Source: the human T2T-CHM13v2.0 reference genome, Homo sapiens
Reading direction: 5' to 3' (one strand)
NCBI RefSeq assembly: GCF_009914755.1
Contig: NC_060936.1
DNA length: 64,000 nucleotides
Part shown: piece by piece, positions 1 through 14,831 of the stretch
Layout: each line of letters opens with the position of its first letter
How positions within the stretch are numbered: the first letter of the stretch is position 1
Notes under the pieces: model-generated
Seen by the model: only the letters and a program-made list of their open reading frames with translations
Told to the model about the DNA's origin: nothing
Database searches by the model: none
Translations under genes and position numbers: made by a program

Positions 1-87
1 GCCCAAGAGGTCGAGGCTGCAGTAAGCCCTGATCATGCCCCTGCACTCCAGTCTGGGAAACAGAGCAAGACCCCATCTCAAAAAAAA
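1..87 (+). mobile_element. Alu 3' end (AluJ-like)
   Basis: gaggtcgaggctgcagt...cactccagtctggg...poly(A). Confidence 0.85.
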
Positions 88-825
<738 letters not shown>

Positions 826-855
826 TGTTGGGGGGGGTGTCTTTGCATTTTTCAG

Positions 856-1028
856 ACGTTTCATGAGAGCATTGTGGCTGTGAGTGGCAAGCTGACATTC
901 TGCACGCTAGCACTTTACAAAAATATTGTGCAAGACCTACCTCCCACTCCGTCAAAGTTCCATTACATCTTCAACCTTCGAGATCTCTCACGGGTTTTTA
1001 ATGGTCTTGTCCTCACTAACCCGGAGCG
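856..1028 (+). CDS. DNAH10: DNAH10 exon (AAA3 lid; TFHESIV...LTNPER)
   Basis: ttttcag|ACG acceptor, CG|gtgagt donor; dynein motif PTPSKFHYIFNLRDLSRVF. Confidence 0.93.
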
Positions 1029-1734
1029 GTGAGTTTGATTTATCTTACTAAAATATGCCCCACAGGTATGATAGTTTTCTTATTCTTTTAAGACAGAGGG
1101 CTTATCAGTGGATTTGATGAATCGTTGTATGAATTAATTACCCAATGTCTTTGCTTATGTTGAAGAAGAGAGACCAACACTTGGCTTAAGGCTTGATGCT
1201 TTGTAAGCCTTTGCATTGAAACAGGCAAAACCAAGAGAAGCAGAAGTGGGGACAAGCCTATCACACCCCTTGGGCAGGCTGTGTTGTTGACTTCTCGTTT
1301 TCAGTTCTGAAGTTGGAATTTGCCTGCATGGAGCCTTTTGCTCACATAACTCAGTCGTTGCCGGTTGGTTATAGGATGTGTGTCTTTATGAGAAGTAAGC
1401 AGAGGACAGAAAGGATTTAAGTCACGATATAGGGAAATTCCCGATTAAAACTAGGCTTATACCTTTACATGAATGTCTACTTTAGTCTATGTGGATTTGC
1501 AAGCATAGTCCAATTATGTGGATTCATATTATGAATCCAGAAGATACTGAAAAATGAATTGAGAATTTTCCATGTATCCTGCTTTTGAGTGCCTTGAAAC
1601 ATACAGACTGTCAGGGGCGGTCAGGAGAGGGCAGCTCCAGGTGTTTCAGGTGGAGTGACGGTTCTTTGCTAGAATGCAGGGAAAGTTCTGGAATTGGGGC
1701 CAGATTGAGTTGGCTCTTAGAAAAAGGAGCTGTC

Positions 1735-2043
1735 GGCCAGGCACAGTGGCTAATGCCTATAGTCTCAGCACTTTGGGAGGCCAAGGGAGGAGGATCACTT
1801 GAGCCCAGGAGTTTTAGACCAGCATGGGCAGCATAGTGAGACTCCATCTCTACAAAAAAATTTAAAAAATTAGCTGAGTGTGGTGGTATGTACCTGTAGT
1901 CCCAGCCACTTGGGAGGCTGAGGTGGGAGGATCACTTAAGCCCAGGAATTTGAGGTGGCAGTGAGCTATGATTGTGCCAATGCACCAGCCTGGGTAACAA
2001 AGCGAGACCCCACCTCTTAAAAAAAGAAAAAAGAGAGAAAAAG
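1735..2043 (+). mobile_element. Alu (AluJ-like)
   Basis: ggccaggcacagtggct...ggaggatcacttgagcccagg, dimeric, A tail. Confidence 0.9.
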
Positions 2044-2379
2044 AAGTTGCCAGTGACCCTGATGCTGATTTTAAATTCATGTATTCCAACAAGTAGGGAT
2101 GATGTCAGGTACTTATTTTACGTCATTTATAGACAACGCTCTTTTTTTCTTTCCTACAGTAAGATAAGCTACGGATGATGACTTTAGGGGGTTTACATTA
2201 CTTTCTTAGCTTCTGTTGGATTCTCTGGTTAGATTTCATTAACGTGAGACTAGGGGGGCACGACTGGAGAAATGTTGGGCCTTTATTGCGCTCTGTGTGT
2301 CTGTCTGAATGTCACAGCCGTCAGCCCTGGTATCCTTCAGGTGACTTCCTGGCTGATTTTTGTCCCTTCCATTCTGCAG

Positions 2380-2473
2380 ATTCCAGACGGTGGCCCAGAT
2401 GGTGAGAGTCTGGAGGAATGAGTGTCTGAGAGTCTTCCACGACCGGCTGATCAGTGAAACAGACAAGCAGCTG
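2380..2473 (+). CDS. DNAH10: DNAH10 exon (FQTVAQMVRVWRNECLRVFHDRL...)
   Basis: ctgcag|A acceptor, CTG|gtcagt donor; W.NEC.RVF.DRL motif; phase fits. Confidence 0.92.
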
Positions 2474-2749
2474 GTCAGTACATCCAATGCTTCTTCTCAG
2501 GAAATTCTTCTCAGGAAAATAAACAAGCGCCAAAAGTGTTTTTTATATTAGGACGCGAATTGTGGAAAAATAGGCACGAAAGGTCAATGGGGCAAAGGAG
2601 GGTGGGTGGGTTATTAAGCGTCTTGCAGCAACTGAAAAAAAATAGAACGCAAATTATTTTAGATAATAGTACGTATCCTCTGCTCCTAGCAAGTTTCAGG
2701 CCGTGTACTGTTGTTGAGTTTGGGTCCTTAAGTGGGCTTCTGTTTCAAG

Positions 2750-2917
2750 GTACAACAGCACATAGGCAGCTTGGTTGTGGAACATTTTAAAGATGACGTG
2801 GAGGTGGTGATGAGGGATCCCATATTGTTTGGAGACTTCCAGATGGCTCTGCACGAAGGAGAACCACGCATTTATGAAGACATCCAGGACTACGAGGCGG
2901 CCAAGGCTCTGTTCCAG
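2750..2917 (+). CDS. DNAH10: DNAH10 exon (VQQHIG...AKALFQ)
   Basis: tttcaag|GTA, CAG|gtgggg; 168 nt in frame. Confidence 0.9.
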
Positions 2918-3446
2918 GTGGGGATGAGCCCCACCCTGTCCATGGGCTCACTTTCTCCTGAGCATGGGCCAAGCGGGAGCTGAGCATCGCGCGGGTGCCC
3001 GGGAGCCTATCACCTGGGGCTCTGTCTGAGGGCTTGAAATACGGGCTTGTGTCTGGTCCGGTGGTTCCCACATCCAGCATGCTTGGGAGTGACGTTAGGA
3101 AATTGTTAGACTCCTGGGGCCACCCCGTGAGATTTGCTGCGCTGGGCCCATGGAGGGTCCCCAGATTCTGGTGCACAGCCAGGTTTGGGAACCACTTGTT
3201 TGACTCCCTAATATTCATTTTCATTTAAATTCATGAGATGAGCCTTGTTACCGGCTTTGGGTCGCTGCTGGCCAATCAAAGCCCAGCAGATGGAAATCTC
3301 GATTGTGAAAGCTAGATTAGTCCTGGAGACCCAAGCAGTTTAATTATTTTAACTACTATAGATGTTCAGAAAAATCTCTCTTCCATTCTTAATCTCCTCT
3401 GGACAAAAGGAGGGAGTCTGTCTCTTAAAATCCAGTGATCCTTTAA

Positions 3447-3756
<310 letters not shown>

Positions 3757-3769
3757 GGTTTTAAATTCT

Positions 3770-4696
3770 CTTTTTTTTTTTAATGCTTTAAATTCTAGGG
3801 TACATGTGCACAACATGCAGGTTTGTTACATACGTATACATGTGCCATGTTGGTGTAGTGCACCCATTAACTCGTCATTTACATTAGGTGTATCTCCTAA
3901 TGCTATCCCTCCCCCCTCCCCCCACCCCACAACAGGCCCTGGTGTGTGATGTTCCCCTTCCTGTGTCCATGTGTTCTCATTGTTCAATTCCCACCTATGA
4001 GTGAGAACATGCGGTGTTTGGTTTTCTGTCCTTGCAGTAGTTTGCTGAGAATGATGGTTTCCAGCTTCATCCATGTCCCTACAAAGGACATGAACTCATC
4101 CTTTTTAATGGATGCATAGTATTCCATGGTGTATATGTGCCACATTTTCTTAATCCAGTCTATCATTGATGGGCATTTGGGTTGGTTCCAAGTCTTTGCT
4201 ATTGTGAGTAGTGCCGCAATAAACATACGTGTGCATGTGTCTTTATAGCAGCATGATTTGTAATCCTTTAGGTATATGCCCAGTAACGGGATGGCTGGGT
4301 CAAACACTATTTCTAGTTCTAGATCCTTGAGGAATCGCCACACTGACTTCCACAATGGTTGAACTAGTTTACAGTCTCACCAACTGTGTAAAACTGTTCC
4401 TATTTCTCCACATCCTCTCCAGCACCTGTTGTTTCCTGACTTTTTAATGATTGCCATTCTAAGTGGTGTGAGATGGTATCTCATTGTGGTTTTGATTTGC
4501 ATTTCTCTGATGGCCAGTGATGATGAGCATTTTTTCATGTGTCTTTTGGCTGCATAAATGTCTTCTTTTGAGAAGTGTCTGTTCGTATCCTTCGCCCACT
4601 TTTTGATGAAGTTGTTTGATTTTTTCTCGTAAATTTGTTTAAGTTCTTTGTAGATTCTGGATATTAGCCCTTTGTCAGATGGGTAGATTGTAAAAC
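3770..4696 (-). mobile_element. 5'-truncated primate L1 (L1PA): ORF2 3' end + 3'UTR + poly(A)
   Basis: ORFs 4377..4703 and 3984..4355 translate L1 ORF2 C-terminus ([21 protein letters not shown]; WNQPKCPSMIDWIKKMWHIYTMEYY); TSD 3746..3769 / 4697..4720. Confidence 0.95.
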
Positions 4697-4740
4697 CCAC
4701 CATGCTGGGTTTTGAATTCTTTTTTTTTTTTTAAATGCAG

Positions 4741-4929
4741 GAAATTCTTGAAGAGTATAATGAAAGCAACACCAAAATGAACTTGGTTCTCTTCGACGAT
4801 GCTCTGGAGCATTTAACCCGGGTGCACCGTATCATCCGCATGGACCGCGGCCACGCCCTGCTGGTCGGGGTAGGGGGCTCAGGGAAGCAGTCTCTTTCGA
4901 GGCTGGCTGCCTTCACAGCCAGCTGTGAG
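4741..4929 (+). CDS. DNAH10: DNAH10 exon, AAA4 P-loop ([16 protein letters not shown])
   Basis: poly-T+aaatgcag|GAA, GAG|gtcagt; Walker A. Confidence 0.95.
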
Positions 4930-5134
4930 GTCAGTCCACGTACCCTCCCAGAAATAGGTTTACGATGCCAGTTTCTGCAGTTGGTAGTTCGTGTACATAT
5001 TGGAACAATCCACAGCAGATCATAGCATGATGTTTTCATAGAGTATCGAGGTGGGTGTTTTGGTTTGTTTTATTTTTTCTTGTTTTTGGCTTGATATTAC
5101 TATATTTTAACTGAATAGCCAGAGCATCTAAGTA

Positions 5135-5285
5135 CAGGTGTTCTTTGGCTTAGGATAGGGTTACATCCTGATAAAATAATCATAAGTCAAAAATATTGTC
5201 AGTTGAAAATACATTTAATATCCCAATTAACCCATCATAAAGTTGAAAAATCCTAAGTGGAACCATCAAAGCCGGGGACCATCTG
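5135..5285 (+). mobile_element. Tigger5/MER47-family MITE
   Basis: TA|caggtg...catctg|TA ends; gggttacatcctgataaa, aagttgaaaaatcctaagtggaaccatc. Confidence 0.7.
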
Positions 5286-5489
5286 TATTGCTTTGTTTTT
5301 AGGATGGAGAATGTCAGATCAAGTTAGAAAGTCAAATACAAGCACATCCTGTGAACGGTGATGTGTGTTCATATGGGGAGGGCTTGGCCCAAACCTCAGT
5401 GCACCCATAGTATGGGGCTGGCAATTTGCTGGCTGCCATATCTGCACAGCCTGCACACACAGATCTGGGTTAATCTTAGAATCTTGTAT

Positions 5490-6470
<981 letters not shown>

Positions 6471-7151
6471 TCTTAGAATCATACAGGTACCTCCTGCAGG
6501 TTCCACAGGTAACTCACCTGCAAGGGGCCTCTCGAAGTGGAGCAGACACTATGCATTGAGATGTAATTTGAAGAAGAGTCATGTCCCTCATTCACCCTTT
6601 TCTCCCCGACTCTTCATTAGTTCTCTGGTATCTGACTTCTTTCACTATTAGGGTCTCCCGTTATCCAAAATGCCTCTGTTTTTGCCTCTGGTTGCATGAT
6701 ACACATGCATGCTTATAATATTTTCAATTTACAATGGATTTATTGAGACGTAGCCCCATCTTAAGCTGAAAAGTGTACCCTAAAATGCAACTAGTACCTA
6801 ACAGCGGCTATCTTTAGGTGATGAAATTACAAATGATCTTTATTTTCTTTAGACGTTTCTGCATTGCTTGAATTGTTGCAATGAGGATTATTCCATTTAG
6901 AGAGAGAGAGAAATGAGTGAGTCCATAACAATAGTGATTCTTATTCCATGCAATGGACTGAAGTTTTGTCCGTGCCTGTTCTGGGTGTGTGGTGCAGGAC
7001 GGGATCTGTATTCAGCCTCAGTTCTTCTCAGATGCTCAGCCACCCCTCATGTCTACCTCAGAACCTTTTGATAAGTCCACCTTTAGAGAAGACACTTCTT
7101 GCAGAAGGGTCATTTTCATGACTCTTCTCCTCCTGGCAAGCAAGAGGTGTT

Positions 7152-7383
7152 CTTTTTCTTCGCCCCCGAGATGGAGTTTCGCTCTGTTGCCCAGGCTGGA
7201 GTGCAATGACGTGATCTCGGCTCACTGCAACCTCTGCCTCCCCGGGTTCAAGCGATTCTCCTGCCTCAGCCTCCTGAGTAGCTGGGATTACAGGCATGTG
7301 CCACCACGCCCGGCTAACTTTTGTATTTTTACTAGAGACGGGGTTTCGCCATGTTGGCCAGGATGGTCTTGAACTCCTGACCT
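7152..7383 (-). mobile_element. Partial AluS
   Basis: gagatggagtttcgctctgttgcccaggctggagtgcaat... Confidence 0.88.
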
Positions 7384-7475
7384 AAGAGGTGTTCTTTTGC
7401 ACAGACTTTCTTCTTTGTCTTCAGTGTGTTTTCTGGAATCAGATTTAACTCAGCATCATTGCCATTACCACAGAG

Positions 7476-7854
7476 AGTCTTAGGCAGTTCAGGCTGTTAT
7501 AACAAAGTGCGATAGACTGGCTGGCTCGTGGACAGCAGGTGTTCGTTTCTCACCATTCTGGAGGCTGGGAATTCCAAGATCAGGGTGCCAGCATGGTCGG
7601 GCTCCAGAGAGGGCCCTCTCCCGGGCTGCAGATGGCTGGCTTCTCATGGCATTCTTACATGGATGGATGACAGCACGAAAAGTCTTTGGGGTCCCTTTTA
7701 TAAGGGCACTAATCCCATTCGTGAGGGCTCCACCCTCATCACCTAATCACCTCCTAAAAGCCCAACCTCCAAATACCATCACATTGGGGGTTATGATTTC
7801 AACAAAGGAATTTTGTGTGTGTGTGTGGGGAGAACAAACATTCAGTCTATTGCA
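7476..7854 (-). mobile_element. MaLR solo LTR (MLT1A-like)
   Basis: ctggaggctgggaattccaagatcagggtgccagca...ataagggcactaatcccattc... Confidence 0.8.
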
Positions 7855-8090
7855 CGGAGTAAGAATCACTATTGTTATGGACTCACTCATTTCTCTCCCT
7901 CTAAATGGAATAATCCTCACTGCAACAATTCAAATGATGCAGAAGCGTCTAAAAAAATAAGGATCACTTGTAATTTCATCACCTAAAGATTGCCACTGTT
8001 AGGTACCAGTAGCCTTTTAGTGTATACTTTTCTTTTTTTAAATTATTTTTCTGTTATTTTCATTTTTGGTCTGGGAACCAACGGAATAAT

Positions 8091-8315
8091 GTACACTTTT
8101 CAACTTACAATAGGGCTGTCTCAATAAACCCATCATAAGTTGAAAATATTATAAGCTGAAAATGCACTTTTGATTTATATATTCAACTTACAATGGGTTT
8201 ATCTGGATGTGACCCCATCGTTAAGTTGAGGAGTGTGCTGAAAGTGTAGCACTTTTGCGCCATGGCAAAGTCAAAAAGTTCTAAGTTGAACCAGAGGAAG
8301 TCAGGGACCATATGT
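8091..8315 (+). mobile_element. MER47/Tigger5-family palindromic MITE
   Basis: Internal inverted arms caacttacaatagggc...aagttgaaaat / attcaacttacaatgggttt...aagttg. Confidence 0.65.
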
Positions 8316-9583
8316 GCATTCATACACAAACGTATTTCCTTCTTACCAGCAATGGGTTAAAGTTATATGTAACTTATGTCATTTTTCCCCACTGTGTCAC
8401 TGCGTCTTTCCAAGTCAATAAATACATATTTACATTGTCTTTGGAAGCGTTGGACAGTATTCTATTGTTTGGATATGCCACACATAACCCATTTCCAATG
8501 GCGGGCATTTAGCTTTGTCCTTGTTTTCTTATTACTAACAGTGCAGTGATGAACACCTTTGTTTATGTATCTTTGAATATTGTTCATTTTTTTTTCCCTA
8601 TAGGATCACTTTCTTTAGAGATTGGTAAGTTGGCAGGTTAAAGGGTATATGCTCTTTTACAGCTTTGGTTGCCTGGCACCAGATTTCGCACTGGGAAGGT
8701 TGGATCTAAACTCATATGGAGTTTGCCTCTTTGGAGTGGAAAGGACCTGGGGATGCAGGACAGAAGGAAAGGAAAAAAGTGTCCTTATTAACAACCAATC
8801 ACCCCACCACAAAGGATTATGCTAATTTATGCAACTGGCAGTGTCTGTTTTCACATATTCTTGCCAATACTAGATATTGTCATGCTGATATTTGTCAAGA
8901 TTATAGGTGGAAAATATTGCAGTTTAAATGATCCTTTCTCCAATTAATAGTAAAGTTTGAATATCCTTTTATACATTTTTTGGACATTTACCTTTTCTCT
9001 TTTGTGTATTGCCCCTTTATATACTTATTGAGTTGTGAGAACTCTTTATATAGGAGAGCAATCACAGTTCATTCAATGAATCCAGCTTCCAAAATTTCAC
9101 AAATATTGGCCTTTTGTTTGAGGTATTTGTAAAAAAGGGAAAAACTAATATGCTTGATCTAGCTTTAAATCTGATGAAATACATAATTGAAATCATTCAT
9201 TGTTAAAATATAACTGTTTGCAATTGTTTTCCACATTTTTCTATAGGACAAGGCATTCCCCACTGGAAAGTTTTATTATTTTTTTTCTGTTGATTTGTCC
9301 AGGTAAATCTGAGGCATTTTCCCCTAAAGTAGCGCCTCGAGGAACAGCAGAGAGGATGTTGAGGGACAGAGATCTGGAGGAGGTTGAGGACACACAGGGC
9401 TGTGTCTGGGCCCTAGGAAGTGGCGAGGGTTGGGTAGTGGGGTCAGAACAGGTGTTCAGAGAGTAGTGCCAGGAGCTGCTGGGGAGGGGAGGCGGCTGCA
9501 CTCGGGAGGGGTGAGGAAGGTTTGCAGGCGACAGGCAGAACTGGAGACCAGAGTCTATTGGCCAGAAGGCATCCTGGTTGCGT

Positions 9584-9730
9584 TGCGCGCGCGCGCGTGT
9601 GTGTGTGCACACGTGTGTGTGTGTGTGAGCATGTGTTCTAGTGCATGCCAGGGTGCAAGTGAGTGTGTGGCTGAGTGTGAACATGTGGGAATGACTGTGT
9701 GAGTGTGACAGTGTGAGTGAAGCGTGTGTG
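9584..9730. repeat. (CG)n(TG)n microsatellite, degenerate TG-rich tail
   Basis: tgcgcgcgcgcgcgtgtgtgtgtgcacacgtgtgtg. Confidence 0.9.
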
Positions 9731-10257
9731 TCAATGCATAGGGTTGAGGGAGGTAGGGAACAGAGAGAGATCTCTCAGTTCCTGGAAATCTGCCATGTTT
9801 CTGACAGTCGCTGGTTGCAATGAAAGTTTTAATTTCTGCTTCTGAGCTAAAAGAAACACTTGAGCAGAAAAAGCGTGCTTTAAACTTATGTCCTTATTCA
9901 CATTTACATCGATTTCGTGTGTACATTGATTTCCTGTCACGAAGTTAAAGTGCCTGCTTATTTCTCCCTGTGTGCGTCTTCCCACAGGGTCTGATTTTCT
10001 GTAAACTGCAGTATGTGGCTGGCGTTCACCTTGGGGTACATTCTTCCCCCCTTTCCTCTGTTGCTGGGCTCATGGGGCTTCCCCCTCCTCTGTTTCATGA
10101 CAGGGAGTCCCTTCCAGACTTTTCTTTCCTGACCTACTTCCTCGAGCTTGGACAGACCCACGCCCTCTGCACTCTCCTCCAGCGTCCCCACCCCGGAGCC
10201 CGCAGGGAAGGGAGGCTGGTGGTGGTGACGCCCATGTGCTCTGTGTCTGCATCGCAG

Positions 10258-10429
10258 GTGTTTGAGATCCTGCTGAGCCGAGGCTACTCGGAGAACAGTT
10301 TCCGGGAAGACCTGAAGAGCCTCTATTTGAAACTTGGGATTGAGAACAAAGCGATGATCTTTCTGTTCACGGATGCCCATGTGGCTGAGGAGGGCTTCCT
10401 GGAGCTCATCAACAACATGCTGACCTCAG
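10258..10429 (+). CDS. DNAH10: DNAH10 exon, AAA4 (VFEILL...NNMLTSG)
   Basis: cgcag|GTG, G|gtacag; FLELINNMLTSG motif. Confidence 0.93.
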
Positions 10430-10757
10430 GTACAGCCAAGGCTGGCGCCCGCTGTGGCCAACACCCCGCTCAGCTCTTAAGGGAGTTCACTTTCTTCAGC
10501 AGTTACCACCTCCAGACACTGTGGGTAGCCCTGTGCGGGTGTACCTGTTCCTCCCTCACGGCGGCCCCTGAGATAGGTCTCATTATCTTCCTTGGCTCCT
10601 CCTGTCCTGGAGTCTCCCGAGTGTGCCCCCTTCTCTCCGTCTGCGATGATGGCAGTATCCTTGCAGTAAGAACAGGTGGTGTCTGGGCATCTGGCCGTGC
10701 CCCGGGCTGTGCTAAGTGTGCATCATACATTCCCGTCTCCACAAAAACTTGATGAGA

Positions 10758-11340
<583 letters not shown>

Positions 11341-11422
11341 AAAAGCAACTGAAAAACAATCAAACCTAATAGGGAAGGTACCATTAACATCCTCATTTCA
11401 CAGCTGAGGAAACTGAGGCCCC

Positions 11423-11845
11423 TGTAGAGGGCTGAATGGCGGCCCTCTAAAAGACACATCCTAAACCCCTGGATCTTGAGAACGAGACCTTTGTAAGAAA
11501 AAGAGTCTTTGCAGATGTAATTAAATTAAAGATCTTGAAGTGCCTTCCTGGATTTAGGGTGGGTCCTAAATCCAGTGACAGCTGTCCTTATAAGAGAAGG
11601 CAGAGGGAGATTTGAGACACAGAGAATAAGGTCCCATAAAGATTCCCACAAGTCACGGGACACCTGGAGCCACCAGAAGCCAGAGGAGGCAAAGAAGGAT
11701 TTTTCCCTTGGAGCTGTTGGCAGGTTACCCTGAGACCTTGATTTCAGGCCTCCAGAACTGCAAGAGAGTCGGTGTCTGTATTTCTTGTCTGAAGCCACTC
11801 GCTTTGGGGTAATTAGTCATGGCTGCCCCAGAAATCTACTAGAGA
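11423..11845 (+). mobile_element. MaLR solo LTR (MLT1C-like) inserted in a MIR
   Basis: gggctgaatggc...ctttgcagatgtaattaa...ggatttagggtgggtcctaaatcc; MIR core gaggaaactgaggc on left. Confidence 0.75.
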
Positions 11846-12479
11846 TGCCACCTACCTTATCCAAGGGCACCTTGCTGGGAAGGCACTGAGGTGAGACTCG
11901 AACCCAGGATTTTTAGCATCTTAGCCACGCTCACAACCACTTTACCGTGTTGTTATCTTGTCTACCCTGGGGCCCTGCAAAGATCCGTGCTGACTTCGTC
12001 TGGCCTAATGGCTTACAGGGACCTCCTTTCTTTCCCAGGGACCTATTTCATCGATTGCTTGTTTGTTTCAGCACCTGACCATATTCATTATTGTATTGCT
12101 GTGTTATTCATTGAGCCCCAGCCTCCCAGCATTTACTATAAAAAATTTCTAACATAACAGTGAGGCTGAAAGAATTTTTTCTGTGAACATCTGCCGGCAT
12201 GCCATCTAGATCCCTCCTTTCTCGCCTTGCTGCACTTGCTCTGCCATGCGTGTAAACAGCTTTCCCTCCCTCCCTGCTTCCGCCCTTCTCGTTTTTAGAT
12301 GCGTTTCAGAGTCAATTGCAACATCACTGCTCTCCCCGCTAAATGCTTCTGCGTGCCACTATCTAGAGTTCAAGTTTTGTTTAGTGTTTTCTTTTGATGT
12401 AAAATTTACATACAGGGAAACGCACAACATTTTAAGTGTATATTTGCTGCATTTTGATCATTGCGTTTTAAGTTGCGTC

Positions 12480-14660
12480 TGTTTCAGTGGGTTGTCGGCT
12501 CCTTGAGAGGGGGGATCGGGTCATCCACCTGGATTTATTCCACAGTGTTTATTCCAGACACTGGGTTTGGTAGGGAATAAGATGGTCATGACCTCTGCCC
12601 TCCTTGGAGCATACATTTCAGCGTGTGAGTGGACTGGTTAACGACAACAACAACTACACAAAGAGATACAGCAATTGCAGATTGTGGTAAGTGCCGTGAG
12701 TGCAAAGGGGAGTTGCTGTGAGAGAGAGTGTGGGCAGGAGCATCTCAGGGCAGACAGGGAAGGCGTCACTGTAGAGACTTTTCAGCTGAGGCCTGAGAGA
12801 TGCTGTGTGATCACACTCCCTATGGCTGCTGTAGCAAATTTCCCCAAACAGCACGGATTTATTCCCCTATGCGCCTGGAGGTCAGAAATCAGAAAAGGGT
12901 CTTAAGGGGTTAAGATCAGGGTGTTGGTGGGGCTGGTTCCTTCCAGAGCTTCCTGGGGACACTCTGTTTCCCTGTCTCTTCCAACTGCTTCAGGCCACCC
13001 GTTTCTTGGCTCTTTAGCTCGCTGGCTCTCATCCTTCCAGTCTCTACTTCTGTCATCCTGATGCAAACTCAGCTGCTTCTCTCTTGTGGGGACCCCTGTG
13101 ATCGTCTCCAGCCCACCTGGGTAATTGAGAGCACGCGCTCCATCCCACCATCCTTGGCTGCGTCACATCCACAGAGTCCTTTTTGCAGGAAACATAAAGA
13201 AACCCATTGGCCGGTTCCTGGGCTTAGGATGCCATGGACACCTTTAGAGGGCTGTTGTGCAGGGATCAGGACGAGGTGGAGGGGGTCTATGGCGTGGAAC
13301 CTTGTAGGTCATTTATAGGAGATAAGATTTTATTCTCAGTGCAATGACGTAGTCCAGATTTATGGGTTTTTTAATTTTTTAGATTTAATTAATTAATTAT
13401 TTCAGAGACAGGGTCTTACTCTGTTGCCCAGGCCAGAATGCAGCGGCATGATCATAGCTCATTGTAGCTTCCAACTCCTGGGCTTACACAATCTTCCTGT
13501 CCCAGCCTTTCGAGTAGCTGGGACTACAGATGCATCTCACCACAACCAGCTGATTAAAAAAAAAAAAACACACTTTTTTTTTTAAGAGGTGGAGTCTTCC
13601 TGCATTGCCCAGGCTGGTCTTGAACTCCTGGGCTCTAGTGTTTTTCCTGCCTCACCTTCCCAAGGTGTTGAGATTACAGGCGTGAGCCACTGCACCCAGC
13701 CAAGATTTATGTTTCTAAAAGATCCCTCCAGTGCGCCGTGGGGACGAGATTAGAGGGGAACAGGAGTGGGAGAGGGGCATCCAGTTTGGAGCTACCCCTG
13801 CAGTGTAGGCAGGAAGTGACAGCGATTGGAGGAGGGTAGGGCACTGGGGACAGAGAGAAGTGGGTGGATTCACGAGGTATTCAGGAGGCAGAGCCAACGG
13901 GACTTCGATCGATTTGGCTGTGGGTTGGGGGAGGGGTATCAAGGGTGACTCCCAGGTTTCTGGTGGAGCGAGTGATCAGTGCTTCCATTTGCTGAGATGA
14001 GGAAGACCAGTTCTGGGCTTGTGGCATTAGGAGCGTGTTGAGTTTGCTGCACTAGATGAGAATCTGAATGTGATGTCATATAGTGTATTAGTTTGCTGGG
14101 GCTGCCGTCACAAAATGCCACAAACTGGGTGGCTTAAAACAATAGAAATCTACTCTCACAGTTCTGGAGGCCAGGAGCCCAAGATCACGGTGTCGGCAGA
14201 GCCCGTTCCTTCTGAGCTCTGGGTGGGGGAATCTGTGTTGCTGGTGGCTGCTGACAGTCTTTGGTGTTCCTTGGCTTGTAGGCACAGAACTCCAGTCCCT
14301 GTCTTCGTTGTCACGTGGCCTTCCCCTTGTGTGCTGTCTGTCTCTGTGTCCAAATTTCCCTCCTTTATAAGGGTACCTGTCATATTGCATTAGGGCCCAT
14401 CTCAATGACCTCATTTCAACTTGATTATCTCTGTAAAGACAATTTCCAAATAAAGTCACAATCTGAGCTACTTTGGGGACTTCAGTATATCTTTTTCAGG
14501 GCGACATGCAACTTCAACCGTAATACATAGGCAGTGTGTACATGAGTCTGGTTCTCAGAATAGGAGCCTAGGGTGGGGACGTCAATTTCAGAGTCACTGA
14601 CATGTGGTGGGACCCAAGTGAACCATCCAGGGAGAGCCCAGCACTGAGTTCAGGTGGAAG
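12480..14660. mobile_element. L2 remnant interrupted by MLT1 LTRs (~12805..13250, ~14083..14525) and an antisense Alu (~13385..13700)
   Basis: L2-like segments plus recognisable MLT1 and Alu motifs. Confidence 0.6.
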
Positions 14661-14831
14661 AGGAACGAGCAGAGACTGAGAGGGCAGGCGGAGCACGGGG
14701 AGCGAGAGACTGAGAGGGCAGGCAGAGCCCCGGGAGGAAGAGACTGAGAGGGCAGGCAGAGCACAGGGAGCAAGTTCCTCTTTGTCTTTTGGGAGTCTTG
14801 GGCTCCCTGCCAAGGGAGGGATCCCTCTCCC

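Noticed and set aside
3826-4703. ORFs of 82-123 aa as independent genes
   Set aside because: Broken fragments of L1 ORF2/3'UTR in a 5'-truncated element.
9970-10752. 260-aa ORF as a standalone gene
   Set aside because: Only 10258..10429 is dynein-like; the rest is open intronic flank.
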